Origin: Monocercomonoides exilis PA203 | Lineage: Eukaryota > Protista > Preaxostyla | Assembly: GCA_001643675.2 (NCBI GenBank) | Contig: LSRY02000042.1 | Coordinates: 805,252-869,251, forward strand | Reading direction: 5' to 3' | DNA length: 64,000 bases | Part shown: positions 26,400-40,325 of the stretch, piece by piece | Numbering within the stretch: position 1 is the first letter of the stretch | Layout of the letters: every line of letters starts with the position of its first letter | Made by a program: the position numbers and the translations under genes | The notes under the pieces: model-generated | Seen by the model: the letters and a program-made list of their open reading frames with translations, nothing else | Databases searched by the model: none | What the model was told of the DNA's origin: nothing

Positions 26400-27880
26400 A
26401 AACACTTTTTTCTTGTTTTATCATTTTCTTTTGATTTTCATCCTCAAACAATTTTTTTTCCATAGTTTTTTCATTATCATTATTCATTATCTTCTCTTCT
26501 TTCATTTTCTTTTTAATTCTCCATTCATCCAAAAAATCTTCATCTGTAATTATTTTTCCATGACAATCATATCTGTGATTCTTTCACTTCAGTGTTGCAG
26601 AAGGCTCATCAGGTAACGTTGAAAGAACAGCATGCCATTGATTTGATAACACTCCACTTTTAATGAGTGATGAAACAATTGTTTCAGGCAATTATGCTGT
26701 TTGCAGAGCCTGAGGAAGGGCATTTGCAATTGCTTTTATTCGAAGAGAGACAGATGAAGAAGAATGAACGACATATTTTGTGTTAAAACATTTTTTGAAG
26801 ACGGCAAATACTCCACGGTCGAGAGGCTGAGTGAGGTGTGTGCTGTGGGGGATAAAAGTTACCACGTCGATAGAGGAATCAGCGAATATTTGTCAAATGT
26901 TGGGCTGAACTTTTTATGGATGAGAGTCCAATAGAAGAAGGCATCTTTCTTCATCTTTGTTCAAAAGAGTTCGTCTTTCCACGATTCCTGGAAGGAGAAC
27001 ATCTTCTGCGTATCTTCTAAATATTGCGTCGGTCATCCAGCTATCGTTGTCTTCCCAGATATTTATTGAAGAGCTGAGCATCACACGCAATTCGGCTGGA
27101 ATTATCTTTGAAGGCCATTAAACGATGCTTTTCAAAGAATAACCATCTGCAGCAGCTGCAACGCACAATGTGGCGTTTGGCATGTTCATGGGCGTTTTGT
27201 TGAACCCAGCTGGTGAATCGGAAGGATGCACAACAAGCTTTTTGGTGGTATCTGAGAGGCGAAGGGAAGATTCGTAAGTTTTAAATATCAATGAAGAAGA
27301 ATATTTGTAAGTTTTATGAAGATTTTGAAGAAGTTCACAAAAAGGCTGGAAAGTGTGATTATTTGACACAGCCAATCTTTGAACGAAGTCGTTTCTTGAA
27401 AGAGAAACTTTGAGGTGTGGATTCCTTTTAATTAATAAGAAGGGCGATGACTTCGTAATTTCAACTTCTTCTTTTTCTTCTTTAAATTGTTTCTTTTGTC
27501 TTTTCGAAATGATAGATTCCATATAAAAACAATAAACAATAAATAAATGTTTGTTGATGATAGAAAAAACAAACCAATTGTTTTATTAAAGTGATCGAAA
27601 TGCTCACTCAAGAACTTTCGCAAAAAATAACTTCAACTACTGTTTTCTTTTCTTCTTGTGTTAAAAGCTTTAGCAAACCAACTTTTCCCACAGTTCTTCC
27701 TCTTTCAACAGCACTTTCAGCTCGATCAATCGAAGAAGGAGAGAATTCGTTCAGATTTCCAGAGTCTGTTACATATCATTTTTCATCTTCAATGATTGTT
27801 TTTGTAAGTTCGAAGCGATTTTTAATTTGTAGATGGGTGATTCTTTTTGAAAAGTCACAAATGTTAAATTTTCATATAAA
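26400..27880 (-). pseudogene. Second decayed pogo/DDE_1 transposase (paralogue of 22737-24290)
   Basis: Reads AAAADGYSLKSIV*WP, SWMTDAIF, CLLLLDSH and IDVVTFIPHSTHLTQPLDRGVF with in-frame stops. Confidence 0.8.
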
Positions 27881-28870
27881 TTAAAAATAACATATTTTGC
27901 TCAAAATTATATTAACATACACCAAACTTAACTTAAATGGAATCTATTTCTTGATAATGCTATTTCAAACATTCTTGAGGAGATTTGTGAGCTGAAACAG
28001 AAATTTGATCGAAATATGAAATTTTTTCTTCATTTGAAAATTAAACAAAAGGAACTTTTCAAAAAAATTTTGAGAATTATCTTCTTCACAATCTTCAAAA
28101 CATTCATCTCTCCACGATTCTGAAATAACAAAAGAACGCCCAACATTGATCGATGATAACAGTGAAAATTCAACAATAAAATTTTCTTTTGATGAAAACA
28201 ATGCAGAAGAAAAGCCAACAGAAGGAGCAAATGAAATGGATGAATCAGAGCAAATGAAACAAATTAAATCAACAAAAGAGAATTTTCATTTTCTTCAAAA
28301 GCAGCTTGCGAAAATTGATAAATTAACTTCATCTTCTTCTGAAAAGAATCCTAAGAATAAACATAGTCGACAAGAACTTAATGAAATGTTGAATAAAGAA
28401 CATGCAAAGATAAAAAAGGTGTCGAGAAAAAAAGTAAAGAGAATAATTGAAATACTCAAAGACGATAAAAAAGAAGAGAAATCAACTTCTTGCAACGAAA
28501 TAAAATGTTTCGATCACACAACCCAGAGAGAGATTTCTCCTTCATTCAATTTGAAAGAGAAACGCATTAGAGAAACATTCTAATCAAAATACAACTGCAG
28601 CATAAAACTCCATCCTTCACACCATTTTGACGAATAAACTTGAAGTCTTCTTTTTGAAGAATTGCTTCATATGGATTATTATTAACTATACAAATAATTA
28701 TACTAAAACAAAATGTATTTACTTTGTTCGTTATTTAATTTGTTAATTTCTAAATATGTTGCCAAATACCTGGTTTCAACGAATAGTTAAATATATTTGG
28801 TCTTTAATTGAAGAAATATTAAGCAACTTCGAAAAATGATTGCATTCTCTCTTTCTCTCTTTTTTTTTTT

Positions 28871-28911
28871 GGTTCCGGTTTCGCACCTAGGATCGGCTTT
28901 GGCACCGACTG
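28871..28911 (-). mobile_element. Probable solitary transposon end (TA|CAGTCGGTGCCAAAGCCGATCC-TAGGTGCGAAACCGGAACC)
   Basis: TA at 28912-13 followed by CAG and a doubled GGTGC-AAA-C-G--CC motif resembling the 29345 TIR. It lies upstream of the minus-strand pogo gene. The partner end was not found. Confidence 0.5.
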
Positions 28912-29216
28912 TATTGTGAATGTTTGAATAAGTTTCATTATTTTCGAATGTTAACTTTATTTTAATTTTTTATTTTTTCCCCTTGTATTCAATGCTATCT
29001 CATTTCTTCAAATTTCCTTTAGCTTCGTTTTCAAAGCTTGACAGCTTTTTCCTCAAACAAGTTTTCTTTTAATTGATGCTTCAGAACAAATTACTGGAAT
29101 GAAAGAGCAAATTTGTATTTCTTGAACACACAAATAGATGAGAACATGCAACACTCAAAGATGAATGAAGCGAAAAGATAAAAAATAAAGTGACTTGAAA
29201 AATAAAAGTTTGTTAT

Positions 29217-31680
29217 TTAATAATGGACAAATAAACGTTCAACATTTGGTACAAAAACATATTCTCCAAATAATGATTTAACTTTGCAGCAGCAGAATCT
29301 AAAAATGCAATCTTCGTATCCTTCTTCCTCCATCTTTTCAAATACCATGGGTGCTTAACCCGCACCCTGGTGCCAAACCCGCACCCTGCAAATTTCTTGA
29401 AAATCTAAAAATCATTTTTTTCCTTTCAAGGAAGTTCATTGATGATGAAATTGCTTGAAACGGGTTTTAAAAAATATTATATTCTATTTTTTAATCAAAA
29501 ACTTTCAAAAAACTGGATTTATAATATTTTTATTTGGAAAAGAACTTTATCGATATTTACTGAAAAAGAAAAAAAGAAGAGTTCAAAAAATATGTGCATG
29601 CTTGTTTGTTAATGTGTTTTCAAATATCTTTAAAAGTATTTTTGATTTGATAAATTCTGCAATAAATTTCACATTTTCTTTGTTAGATCGTGCCCATTAA
29701 AATGTGAAGAACATATAGAAAGTTCTGCAGCTTCATCGAAAGGGGTTTGTTGAAGTTATTTCTTATGTTTTTTAATCAAAAATCGTTCTTCTAATTAATG
29801 CGCATTGAAAATTTTATAGTTATGTATTTATTAATAAGATATTTTTGCATTCATTAAATATGAAATATTTTGTGTTGATAGGATTGTATCACTGTGATAA
29901 TAATTCTATTTGATTAAAACATGTTGTTTCTTGGTTATGTGTTATTTAATTTTTATTCTATTTGTTATAATAGTTTGTTTTGTATAATATTTGGAAATGC
30001 AATGTTCTGCTGATGTATTAACAGTTTGCTGTTAAGAGCATTTTTATCTTTATGACATTCAAACGATCGATCATTGATAATATTTAGAGAGCAAATATTA
30101 GCATGTTGATTTTGAAAACCTTGATTTTTTATCTCCGAATGAACCTATTTTATTCATTTAATATGTTTCTGTGTTATTACTAATGCTTATAAATGATTAA
30201 AAAGTTGCAGTTTTCTTGATTATATGTATTTTCGTCGATAGTTTATGTTCTTTTTTGTACATTATGCTTGTATTTTTAAACTCTTTTCAATTTTATTTTT
30301 GATTCAAATTTCACTATTTCAATAAAAAACGAACAACAATATCTCATCGGTAATAAATAAACTAATAATATAATTATTGTGCCAAATATCAAAGTGATTG
30401 ATCATGAAAAAATCATGAAAAAACAGTAAAAATAGAATTTTGACGTTGATAGTTTCAATGAAGCGTTTAATGGATATTACAAATTTTTTTCAATTTCAAT
30501 ATATTTCTTTTCCGAGTAAATTGTTTAAAAAAACTTTTTGAATTGTTTTTTGCTGTTTTGATGATGAAAACAAATAAAAATGTTATTGAAAACACATCAA
30601 TTTCAAGTATGAGTTAGAATAAATACATAAAGCGCAACTTGAAAAAAAACTATATGTAAAGTTCAACAATAAATAAATAGCAACATTTTTATTGTTAACA
30701 ACGAAAATAGTTTCTAACAACAGTTTTATTGAAAAAATTCAAATCAAAAGAAATTTTTTTATCTCACTGAATTGAAAATAGTGACACAAGAAAATGATAC
30801 TTGCAAAACTTCAATTTATTTAGCATTAATACGTTTGATGAGAATCAACAAATAATTGATTCATCAATAAAAATCAATAAATTAATCTTGAGTTAATAAA
30901 TTTGTGAATAAAAAAACAGTCGAATATAATCAATAAAATATTGAACTAATAATATATCGGTAATTAAATCAAAACATTATCAAAGCACCATTACTGCAAT
31001 GTAACGAAAAAAGAAAATATAACGAAACATTAATTAAATTCAATCAATACAAGCAAAACAATAACATTTTCAATGCGCATTAATTAGAAGAACGATTTTT
31101 GATTAAAAAACATAAGAAATAACTTCAACAAACCCCTTTCGATGAAGCTGCAGAACTTTCTATATGTTCTTCACATTTTAATGGGCACGATCTAACAAAG
31201 AAAATGTGAAATTTATTGCAGAATTTATCAAATCAAAAATACTTTTAAAGATATTTGAAAACACATTAACAAACAAGCATGCACATATTTTTTGAACTCT
31301 TCTTTTTTTCTTTTTCAGTAAATATCGATAAAGTTCTTTTCCAAATAAAAATATTATAAATCCAGTTTTTTGAAAGTTTTTGATTAAAAAATAGAATATA
31401 ATATTTTTTAAAACCCGTTTCAAGCAATTTCATCATCAATGAACTTCCTTGAAAGGAAAAAAATGATTTTTAGATTTTCAAGAAATTTGCAGGGTGCGGG
31501 TTTGGCACCAGGGTGCGGGTTAAGCACCCATGGTATCTCCCTTTTCAATCCTTTTCGATCTGTTTTATCATCGTCTTCGTCACACTCTTCTATTTCTGTT
31601 TCTGACCTACTCTTTTTCCTTTCTTCCAAATTTTCATTATCATTTTATCAATTTCTTTGTTTGCATTCCATGAAGCCAAT
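29217..31680 (-). pseudogene. 3' fragment of the helical-protein family split by a transposon
   Basis: Removing 29345-31533 plus one TA restores GLKREIFEKMEEEGYEDCIF...FVHY-TAA. Confidence 0.75.
29345..31533. mobile_element. 2189-bp non-autonomous long-TIR DNA transposon with TA TSD
   Basis: CCATGGGTGCTTAACCCGCACC...GGTGCGGGTTAAGCACCCATGG with ~468-bp TIRs (29345-29812 / 31066-31533; an identical 81-aa ORF is mirrored in both arms). TA at 29343-44 and 31534-35, and the empty site restores the reading frame. The interior is AT-rich and non-coding. Confidence 0.92.
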
Positions 31681-33220
31681 AAAGTGATATGTTTTGAGCA
31701 TTTTGTTGTCTTCTTTGTCGAATGATTCAGCAAAGATGCGGAAGTTGGATGCAATGAAGAATTCGAAGAAGAATTTGATCGCAGAGGAGGGGAGGAAGAA
31801 GAAACTGATGAAAAGAATGACAATGGAAATTGTGATAGCAATAATGATAATGCAATAGAAGAAAAATTGGAAGATGACGACGATATTGCAGGTGATGCCT
31901 GGGATGATTCTGAGCCTTTTCGATGTAAACTGCTCTTCATGGAAAAAGGAGTATTTGATTCTTTATTATTCGTGAAGCTGAGCTGTTAGTGCCTCATTTC
32001 CTAGCATATGATGAGCAAATGCTCAGTTTTAACGCTCACCTGAGTAAAACATTTCATCAAGATGGAGCGAAGAAATCAAATGCAAATAGAAATTCCTATT
32101 TGGGTCGGAATTAATCCAGAAAGACGAGGGATTGATGTGATGTTTCAGCAGCTGCATTTATAATCTGACCCCTCTATGTTTGACAGACGTCGTTGAAGAT
32201 GAATGGAGAACATCCAAACTCACCAACTGTTGATTGCGGCATACGAAATAATTTTCTGAGTATTGTTCAAAAAGGAAGCTGTTCTCTTCATTCTGATGCA
32301 ACTGATATTTGATTGGGTTCCTTTCTTTCCTCCAAAACCCGTTCTGTTTGTCATTTGTTGGGGAATAACCTTGCTGGAGTGTATCTCATGGAAAAGTCGT
32401 CTTCCTCCTTCTTCTCCAAATCTCATTTCAACCGAAATGAAAATGGCCTTGAATGAACAAATCTGTTTTTAAGGTCCAATCAAATGAATAAATTTCCTTT
32501 TGATGTTTCACTCTCAATGAACTGAAGAATCTCCATCATTTCTGTTGGAGTTGAAATTCATTCCTTTTCTTCATGGCACAAGATTATTTGGCAATTGGTG
32601 CATTGGGGCCTTGATTTTCTTCCTCTCTTCAAGCATGTTCTCCATGTTCATATTCATGTTCTTTTCTTTTCTTTTCTTTTGTTCAGACAATTTGCGATGA
32701 TTTTCGGAATTTCATTTCTTTTCATCTTTCGCAACCCAATGATCCGTTGACAAATGAGCTCAAAATGACACAATCCACAAAATATGTCAAATCTTCAACA
32801 ACCATCTGTTCTTGTTTTCAGACTCATTCTTCTCCACAAAAAACAACTAAAAACATCTTCCGTTCGCTCATTCAGTCTGCCAGATTTCTTTTTCTCTTTG
32901 CTAAAGGATTTGCTATTAATTCCATTGGACAAAAAGATGTGATTCAAAAAGTTAATGATTTTTTTAAAAATATCATTCTTCAAATAATCTGTTGGTTATG
33001 ATCAAAAATAAACAAAAAATTTCCATTTCTGGACTCATACGGACAATCCTTGCGGCTTCTTCGCAATATCTTTAACATTTCTTTTTATAAAGCAAAACAA
33101 AACAACTTGAGAGCGATCATTTCAAGGCTGCAAGATAATCATCAATGTCTGTATTTATCTTTAATTTTGTTTCTAATCACTCTTTGCCTTTCTTTTTGAA
33201 TATTTTTTATAACAAACAGA

Positions 33221-34702
33221 ATGAGTTTGTCAGACGATGATAATTCTGAAGATAATAAATCAGAAGAAAATAATTCAGAAGATGAAACTCTGACTACGGC
33301 CAGAACAGAACAGTTTTCAAGTTTTCTCTTTTATTTGGATTGAACCATTTTGAACAAAATTTTTGTATTTTGAATTCGATTTACAGAATTATTTTGTGAA
33401 CTGGAGCGTTGCAGAGAAGATGAACAAATGCAGAAAATTGAGGAAATGAATGGATTAATTGATGAAATGAATGAAGAAGAATTCAAATCAGTTTTCACAA
33501 TAGAACTGTTCAATGAAATCTACAGAATGATTGAAGAAAAGACATTGTCATTGGGAAAGGCAATTGTGCTGTTGAAGCATGTTGGATATTGCAAAATGCT
33601 GAAACATATTTCATTTTATTCTTTTGATAATTCATTATTGAGCAAAAGAATGAGAGAGATGACGATTGATGAAAATGAGAAGAAAAAGGATGAAAAGCAT
33701 TTGACTGATCTTTGTGAATGTTATGCTTTGCTGAATGACAAAGAATTTCCTGAAGGATTGATACCAATTTGTTTGCCTTGCCTTCTGAAAGCTGCATTGA
33801 ACAAGGAGGAAAACGAGGAGACTCAAAAAGAAGTGGAAATGGCTTTGCTGGCTTTGGGCAATATTGGATTTTAGGTTTGAGAATTTCTATTTAATTTTTG
33901 ATGTTATTTTTTTTTTCCATCTTTTTTTTTTTAATGTTGGCAGGTCGAAAAAGAATTGTATGGGAATGAAATCAAAGAGATTATTCAATATCATCAGGAA
34001 CATCAGAATCTGACACGGCTTGCCTATCAATCGATTTGGCAGTTTTTGATAAAAAGATTTCACAATGACGAAAGCTTGGAAGAAGTGATTGTGAATGAAC
34101 TGCATTTTGCGAGAGAAGCAAGAAGAGAAATCGAAGAACTGAAAAGAGATGTGGATTGGAAGAGAAAAGAAGAAAACGGAGAAGTTACGAAAGAATTGCT
34201 TATTTTCAGGAAATGGATCTATAATATTGATAATTACTTTATTTCGTGCAAATTATGGAACGAAGAAGTTGAAAAGCTTTTATCCAGCTTTGTTCAAATG
34301 ATTCGAGAATTCAGAGATAATTCCAAAAAAGTTAGCAACTGGTGCCTTTTTTCTATAACATATGCAGCAGAAAATAGAAATGTGAAAATTGACTGTTTGT
34401 TAAAAAATGGGGCTATCGGTGCTGTTTTGGAGGAGATTCAGCAGCCAACAATTAATGATGATTTGATAAGGAATTGTTATTATTTCTTTTTGAATATTTC
34501 AGAAAGATTGAAAGAAAAGAAGGATGATGGAGAAACGGACGAAACAAAACGAAAAGAATTGAAAAGAAAGATATTTGAAAAGATGGAAGAAGAAGGATAC
34601 GAAGATGTAATGGCAAGCTTTCACAAAGTATTTGAAATTCTTTACAGAAAAATTTATCCTAGAATATCGTTCGATGTATCTGATTATTTTGTAAATGTTT
34701 AA
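33221..34702 (+). CDS. Subtelomeric helical-protein family, copy 5
   Basis: Exon 1 MSLSDDDNSED..TEQFS, intron 33321-33386, then ORFs 33428-33874 and 33956-34702 ending DYFVNV-TAA. Confidence 0.8.
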
Positions 34703-35733
34703 CCAAATTCTTTTCAACAAAAATTGAAACTCAAAAATTATATTTTCTTTTCTTTTTTATTCATTTCACAAAATGGGAGGAAAACAAGAATTGGATGATT
34801 TTATTGATTTTATTTCCTTTTTCCAAAAAAAAAAAAAATATAACATTCTTTTCAATAAGTTCCATCGAGAATCTTCATTAAATGGATCATTGCCATCCAC
34901 CTTCTTCAAGAAGATTCATATTTATAACAATGTATTCAATTGTTCAGTTTTTTTCTCTTGAAGCCTCCGAACTTTTTTGCTTATTCTCTTTCCGATTATA
35001 ATTTCAATGAATAAGAGATGATGAAGGAGAGGAATACAAAAGAAATGAAGAAAGAATTGTTTGTTGAAGAAACCAGATGTCAACTTCTTTTGTGCAAAAT
35101 AAAACAGAAATAAACCTGATGACGACGAAGAAGAAGAAGAATGAAAATCTTATTCAAAAACTGCTTGGCTGAAACAAGTCAATCTCAATTGAATTCTTTT
35201 TTTTCATTCTCTTTCTCTTTTGCTCAGAAATCTTCATTTGAAATTCATCCAATTTTTGTTTCATTGCCCTTCCCTTCCATTCCATCCATCATCTGAAAGC
35301 GACTCAACCCCAATTCATCTGAGTTGTGTGTTGTCTTCTTTGTCGAAACAGAAAGTTGAAGAAGAAGAAGAAGAAGAAGAAGAAGAAAAAGAAGAAAAGG
35401 AAGATCACAATTGTTGAAATGAAGACAGATGCTGTGTGAATGTTTGAATGAGGGAGGGAGAGTGTGCGAGTGACGTCGAAGTGGAAGATGAGAATGAGAA
35501 GATTGAATGAAATGAATGAAGAACACACAATTTTTGTTGAATATTCTTCGTGTTCAACTGAAAATGTTGCTTCAGAACGAAATCTTTTCTCTTTTCTCTT
35601 CTCTTATCTTTTCATATTTATTTTTTCACATACTCATTTTCTTTCTTCTTTCGTCTTTCTTCTTCAAGTTTTCTTCTTTTCTGAGATGAGATGAAATGAA
35701 TGGAGATGAATGGAGATGCATAGAATATTCCAT

Positions 35734-37141
35734 TTACAGATACGTTAAATATTCAGAAGTGTTTCTTGATAATTCATCATAACCATTTTTGCTTCGAAAA
35801 GAAATCACTCCATAAAGGCTTGCAATGATATCCTCGTATCCTCCTTCTTCCATCTTTTCAATCACATTTCTTATCATTGCTTTTCGTTCTGCTTCATCAC
35901 TTTCTTTTTCCGTCTTTCTCTTCAATCTGCAAATAAGACCATTGAAAAAATTCATGCATCTTTCAATTATTGAACGCATTCCAATTAAATTGTCTATTTC
36001 CGCCAAAATAAGTTCAACAGCTCCACTTGCGAGTAAGTAATCAATCTTCACGGCTCTATTTATTACTGCTGTTTCAAATGCATAAATGCATTCTCTGCTA
36101 ATTTCCCTGTGATTATCCTTCGCTGCTCGAAATACTCTAACCATGCTTCTGAAAAGCTCAACAAGTTCTTCATTCCACAATTGACAACTGCAAATAAAAA
36201 TCTCAAGTGTTTGGATCCATCTCTGAATTACTAGCACTTCTTTCGTTTCTTTTCCTCTTTCCTCTCTTTTTTCCACTTTCCAATCAACAGACTTTGAAAG
36301 CTCGTCCAATTCTCTTGCTGCTTCTTTAACAAAATGCAGCCCATTCACAACTGTATCTTCCAACAATTTATTGGTGTAAAATCTGTTTATTAAAAACTGC
36401 CAAGCACACTGATAGGCAAGTTTTGTTAGATTTCTATGTTTCTGCTGATGTTCGATGATTTCTTTGATTTCCTTCATAAATTGTTCTTGTTCCAGATTCT
36501 ATCAAAAATAGGGAAAAAAGCAAACACAATAAAAATGAAAAAGAAGTGCTCATACACCATATCCAATTTTGTTCAATATCATCAAAGCCATTTCCGTTTC
36601 CTTTTGAGTTTCCTCCTTTTCTTCTTTGTTCAATGAAGCATTCAGAAGGCAAGACATACAGATACTACGTAAATCAGGTTGATTGTCATCATTTAGAGAA
36701 ACATAGCATTCGCAAAGATCAACAAGAAGCTTTTCGTTCTTTCTTTTTCTTTTCTTCTTCAATAATCTTCTTTTTAAATCTTTCGTTCAATGTAGAATAT
36801 TCAAAGCATCGATTCCATACATTTTTTAGCACAACACAATATCCAATATGCTTCAGTATCCAAGTAGCTTTTCCCAATTGCAGTTTCTTTTCTTCAATCA
36901 TTTTGTCTATTTTTTCAAACAGCTTTGTCTTATAAATGAATTTAAATTCATACCCATTCATTCCATCAACAATTTCATTCGTTTCTCCGATTTTCTTTCT
37001 TTGTTCATCTTCATTGCAGTGTTCAAGTTCACAAAACAATTCTTCAACAATAAAAATGAGAAAAGAAACGGATCATAAAGAATTAAACTCCATAAACAAT
37101 TGGATACCATTGAACTTTATTGAGTTTTCCATCTCCTGCAT
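35734..37141 (-). CDS. Subtelomeric helical-protein family, copy 6 (frameshift in a low-complexity run near 36750)
   Basis: Exon 1 MQEMENSIKFN, then ORFs 36719-37039, 36550-36762 and 35734-36477 with the family motifs. Confidence 0.7.
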
Positions 37142-37379
37142 TTTTGAAATATATTGCAAAAAGAAAACAACGAATATTCGCCATTCACATTGAAGTTGAA
37201 TATGTTTGGATAGAAGGCATAGATGAAAAATAAAAAACTCATAAAGATCATAGAAAAATATGCATTCAAACTGTTCCATCAAGCGTTGACATTTTCTACT
37301 TGTAATTTTAAAGAAAAAGAATGCTTTATTTTTTCTGTTTGTTGTTATGGATTCAATGATCATCAGATTTGAAAGAGCG

Positions 37380-38245
37380 GAATATTCCATTCACAGATTG
37401 AGAAATCCGTGAGTGAACATTATCTGTAGAGCTAGAAATATTATTTCCTGCGTGACGGCAGACAATGGTGGTTATGCAATATTTTTGAAATTCTGCCTGA
37501 TGATTGTTGGAGATTGGATGGTCAAGGGGAATGCAACAATTTTGTTTTTGAATAAAAGCATCTGCATATGTGTATTTTGAATTGTTCTGTTGATTGTGAA
37601 GATATTTCCATCCGTATCCTCTCCAAAGCCCAGGAATCCGAATTATTGTTGAAATGGTTTATCTCCGCTTTGTAGAGCAATGCGATGAGAATGGAGCAGA
37701 TTATTATATAGGCATTGGGAAATAAATGAAGTTACGGAAGATACATGATTTTTATTTGGAACAAGAGGTGAAAACAAATTCGACTGTTATTTTGTTGAAT
37801 GAAGATAACAAAAAGGAATTCTGTGAAGGACAAAATCTGCACAAAATTATATAGCATTTTGGGGTTTAATGCAGTGGAGCAGTTTGTGGTATTTTTTGGA
37901 CAAGGAAAACAACTGGCAATATCGAGAGAAGGATATCTATAGCAAAAAAAGTCAAGAATTCAATGGAAAAAAGGATACTCCCAAAATATCCGTTTAATTT
38001 ATAAGGTTTTCCTGTTTCTTGGACTGCAAAAGGAAGACATGGAAAGCTGCGAAATTCTATTTCTGATTCCTCTTTTGTTTCAAAAGAAAGGAGAAATACC
38101 ATCAAACAGACATCCAATTATCGAGTGCTTTTTGACAATCGAACAACATTCAGTCCAACCGCTTTTGGATTTTATTCTTCGAAGGGACAGCCATATTGAG
38201 CAATCAAGGTGATTATCATTCGAAATTTGCTTTCTTCGGAGCCAC
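37380..38245. repeat. ~850-bp segmental repeat, copy B
   Basis: Direct repeat of 3240-4090. Confidence 0.85.
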
Positions 38246-40325
38246 AGGCAACTGCAGAAAAAATACAGAATATTTTTGATCAGCCTCTTCAGGCGCAGCC
38301 ATCCAGAGATTTTATTGCTATGCTTCATTTGTGTGGCATCGATGTGGTGTTGATTTGTGGGGACTTTGCTGCTTCGCATTGGGTGCGCTGAGGTGTTTGC
38401 AAACGTTAGACAAGACGGCCATGTTTTCTCAGACAAACATCGAGGGTGAGCAATTTCTCTGAAGAATGTTTAATGTATTTATTTCTGATTATTTTGATGT
38501 TGGTTTGTGTTTATCTTGTGTTGTGGCTTCTTTAAGAAATGGTTTTAAAAATGGTGAATTTTTCAGATGTTGCTGTCAACCAAACATATTTTCAGGTGCT
38601 TATTGAATTCACTCTGCTTTTCGACTACCTGCAAGTCGTCTGATGTGTTATTGTGTTCCTTCGTCTTCTGGAGAGTTGCAGCAATTATTGAAGCAGTGGC
38701 ATTTTTTTAATGTGAGGGTGCTTTCACAGCACGTGGAAGCTAATGCAATGAGACGGGGAATTCAATTGTTTGTCGGCTTGAGACAGCAGCGGTGGTGCAA
38801 GAAAAGCAAAAGAATGCTTCGATCAGATGCAGGACAAGGGAGACATTTGTTGCAGAAGTCGAACAACAGAGGAAGAAAGAAAGGAATGAGAACAAATGAA
38901 GAAAAAGAGGGAGAGGAAGCTGTTGCGAAGAAATATGGAGAAATGGAAGAAGGAGAAGACGAAGGAGAAGATGAAGAAGAATTAATAGATGTAGAGGATG
39001 ATGCAAATGAGATGAATAGAAAACAGAAAATACGTGAAGAAGTGCTTTCTGATTTAATAATTCTTTCTTCAAATTCTTCTTCTGTGGCAATTATTCACTT
39101 GTCCCTCTTCTTCCCCCACTTTCAATTATAAAATAAGTCAACCACACATTGAAATGACACATAAACGCACAAAGCAGAGAAGAAGAAGAAACGATTTTTT
39201 TTTAATTTGAGTTAATAACAAAGTTTTCTGTCACATTTCCCCGCACGCAGAAATAATCATAGCATTTCTTCTAAAGAAGCCACGCTCAAAAAATAGCCAG
39301 GCAACAAGCAATTGAAAATACATTCACAGAAGGAGATACTTTAAGGCAGGAAGATCATCTTCGAACGACAAGCAGATTAGTCACATAGTCGGCATCTTTT
39401 GTTGAGCAAAGCAACGAATATGATGCCAGAGATGAATGAGAAGGAGATGGAGAAGAAAGAGAGGAGTGCATCGCATAACCATTCCATAATATTTAGTTCG
39501 ATCTGCTGCGAAAGGATTGAATTGAAGGCGAGAACACAAGAGGAGGAATAACATATGTTTGATTTTGCCATTTGCATCTTCATCTTTTCAACAATTGCGT
39601 TTTTGATGTTGCATTGCACTTTCATTGCCTGTTTCTTTCTTTTTATTTTCATCTACAATCATATTTTGATATTATCGAAGCTATTTCAGACTTTTCTGGG
39701 AAAGAATTCCAATAGTTTCAAACACATTTCACAGAATCGTTTGTGATTCAACATCAAGGAAGAAAATTCTATGTTTTGCCATGCCTCTTCAATTGCCATG
39801 CCTTTTCACTTTTTTGAAAAGTTATGATTTCTTCCAGCTCTCAGCTAAAATAATATTTGTTTTTCCGTTTTTCATTCACGAACAAGATCATAATTTTCTT
39901 TTTTGTGGGGCTGCCCAAGAAACAAACTTTTGAGAATCTTTTGGAACTTTGCCTCATTTGATTATTTCTATCTAACACTGAATCTATTTTTTAACTGCAC
40001 ATGCAAAAAAGCCCAATCCCATCATTATTGAAAGTTATAAGAAATTATCTGATGTTTGTTTTTCATTTACTCCATGTACGTTCTAGAAAAAGCACTTTCG
40101 TTCCAATTAGTCTATTGAAAAAAAAGGAAAAAAGATGAATTCAATTAATATTAAGGCAATGAGATCAATGGGCAATTCTATTTCCAGTTCTTCCCGAAAA
40201 GCAATTGACGTTGGCGCTGCTTCCGCTTCGTTTTCCGAAGAAAACACATCGTTTGCGCTTATTGGTTTCCCTTCTTTTTGAAGCACTTTGCCTGTTAAAT
40301 TGAACATGCCGTTTTGGCAATTAGA

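Noticed and set aside
29455-31423. Two identical 81-aa ORFs on opposite strands
   Set aside because: They lie within the TIRs, start at TTG and show no protein features.
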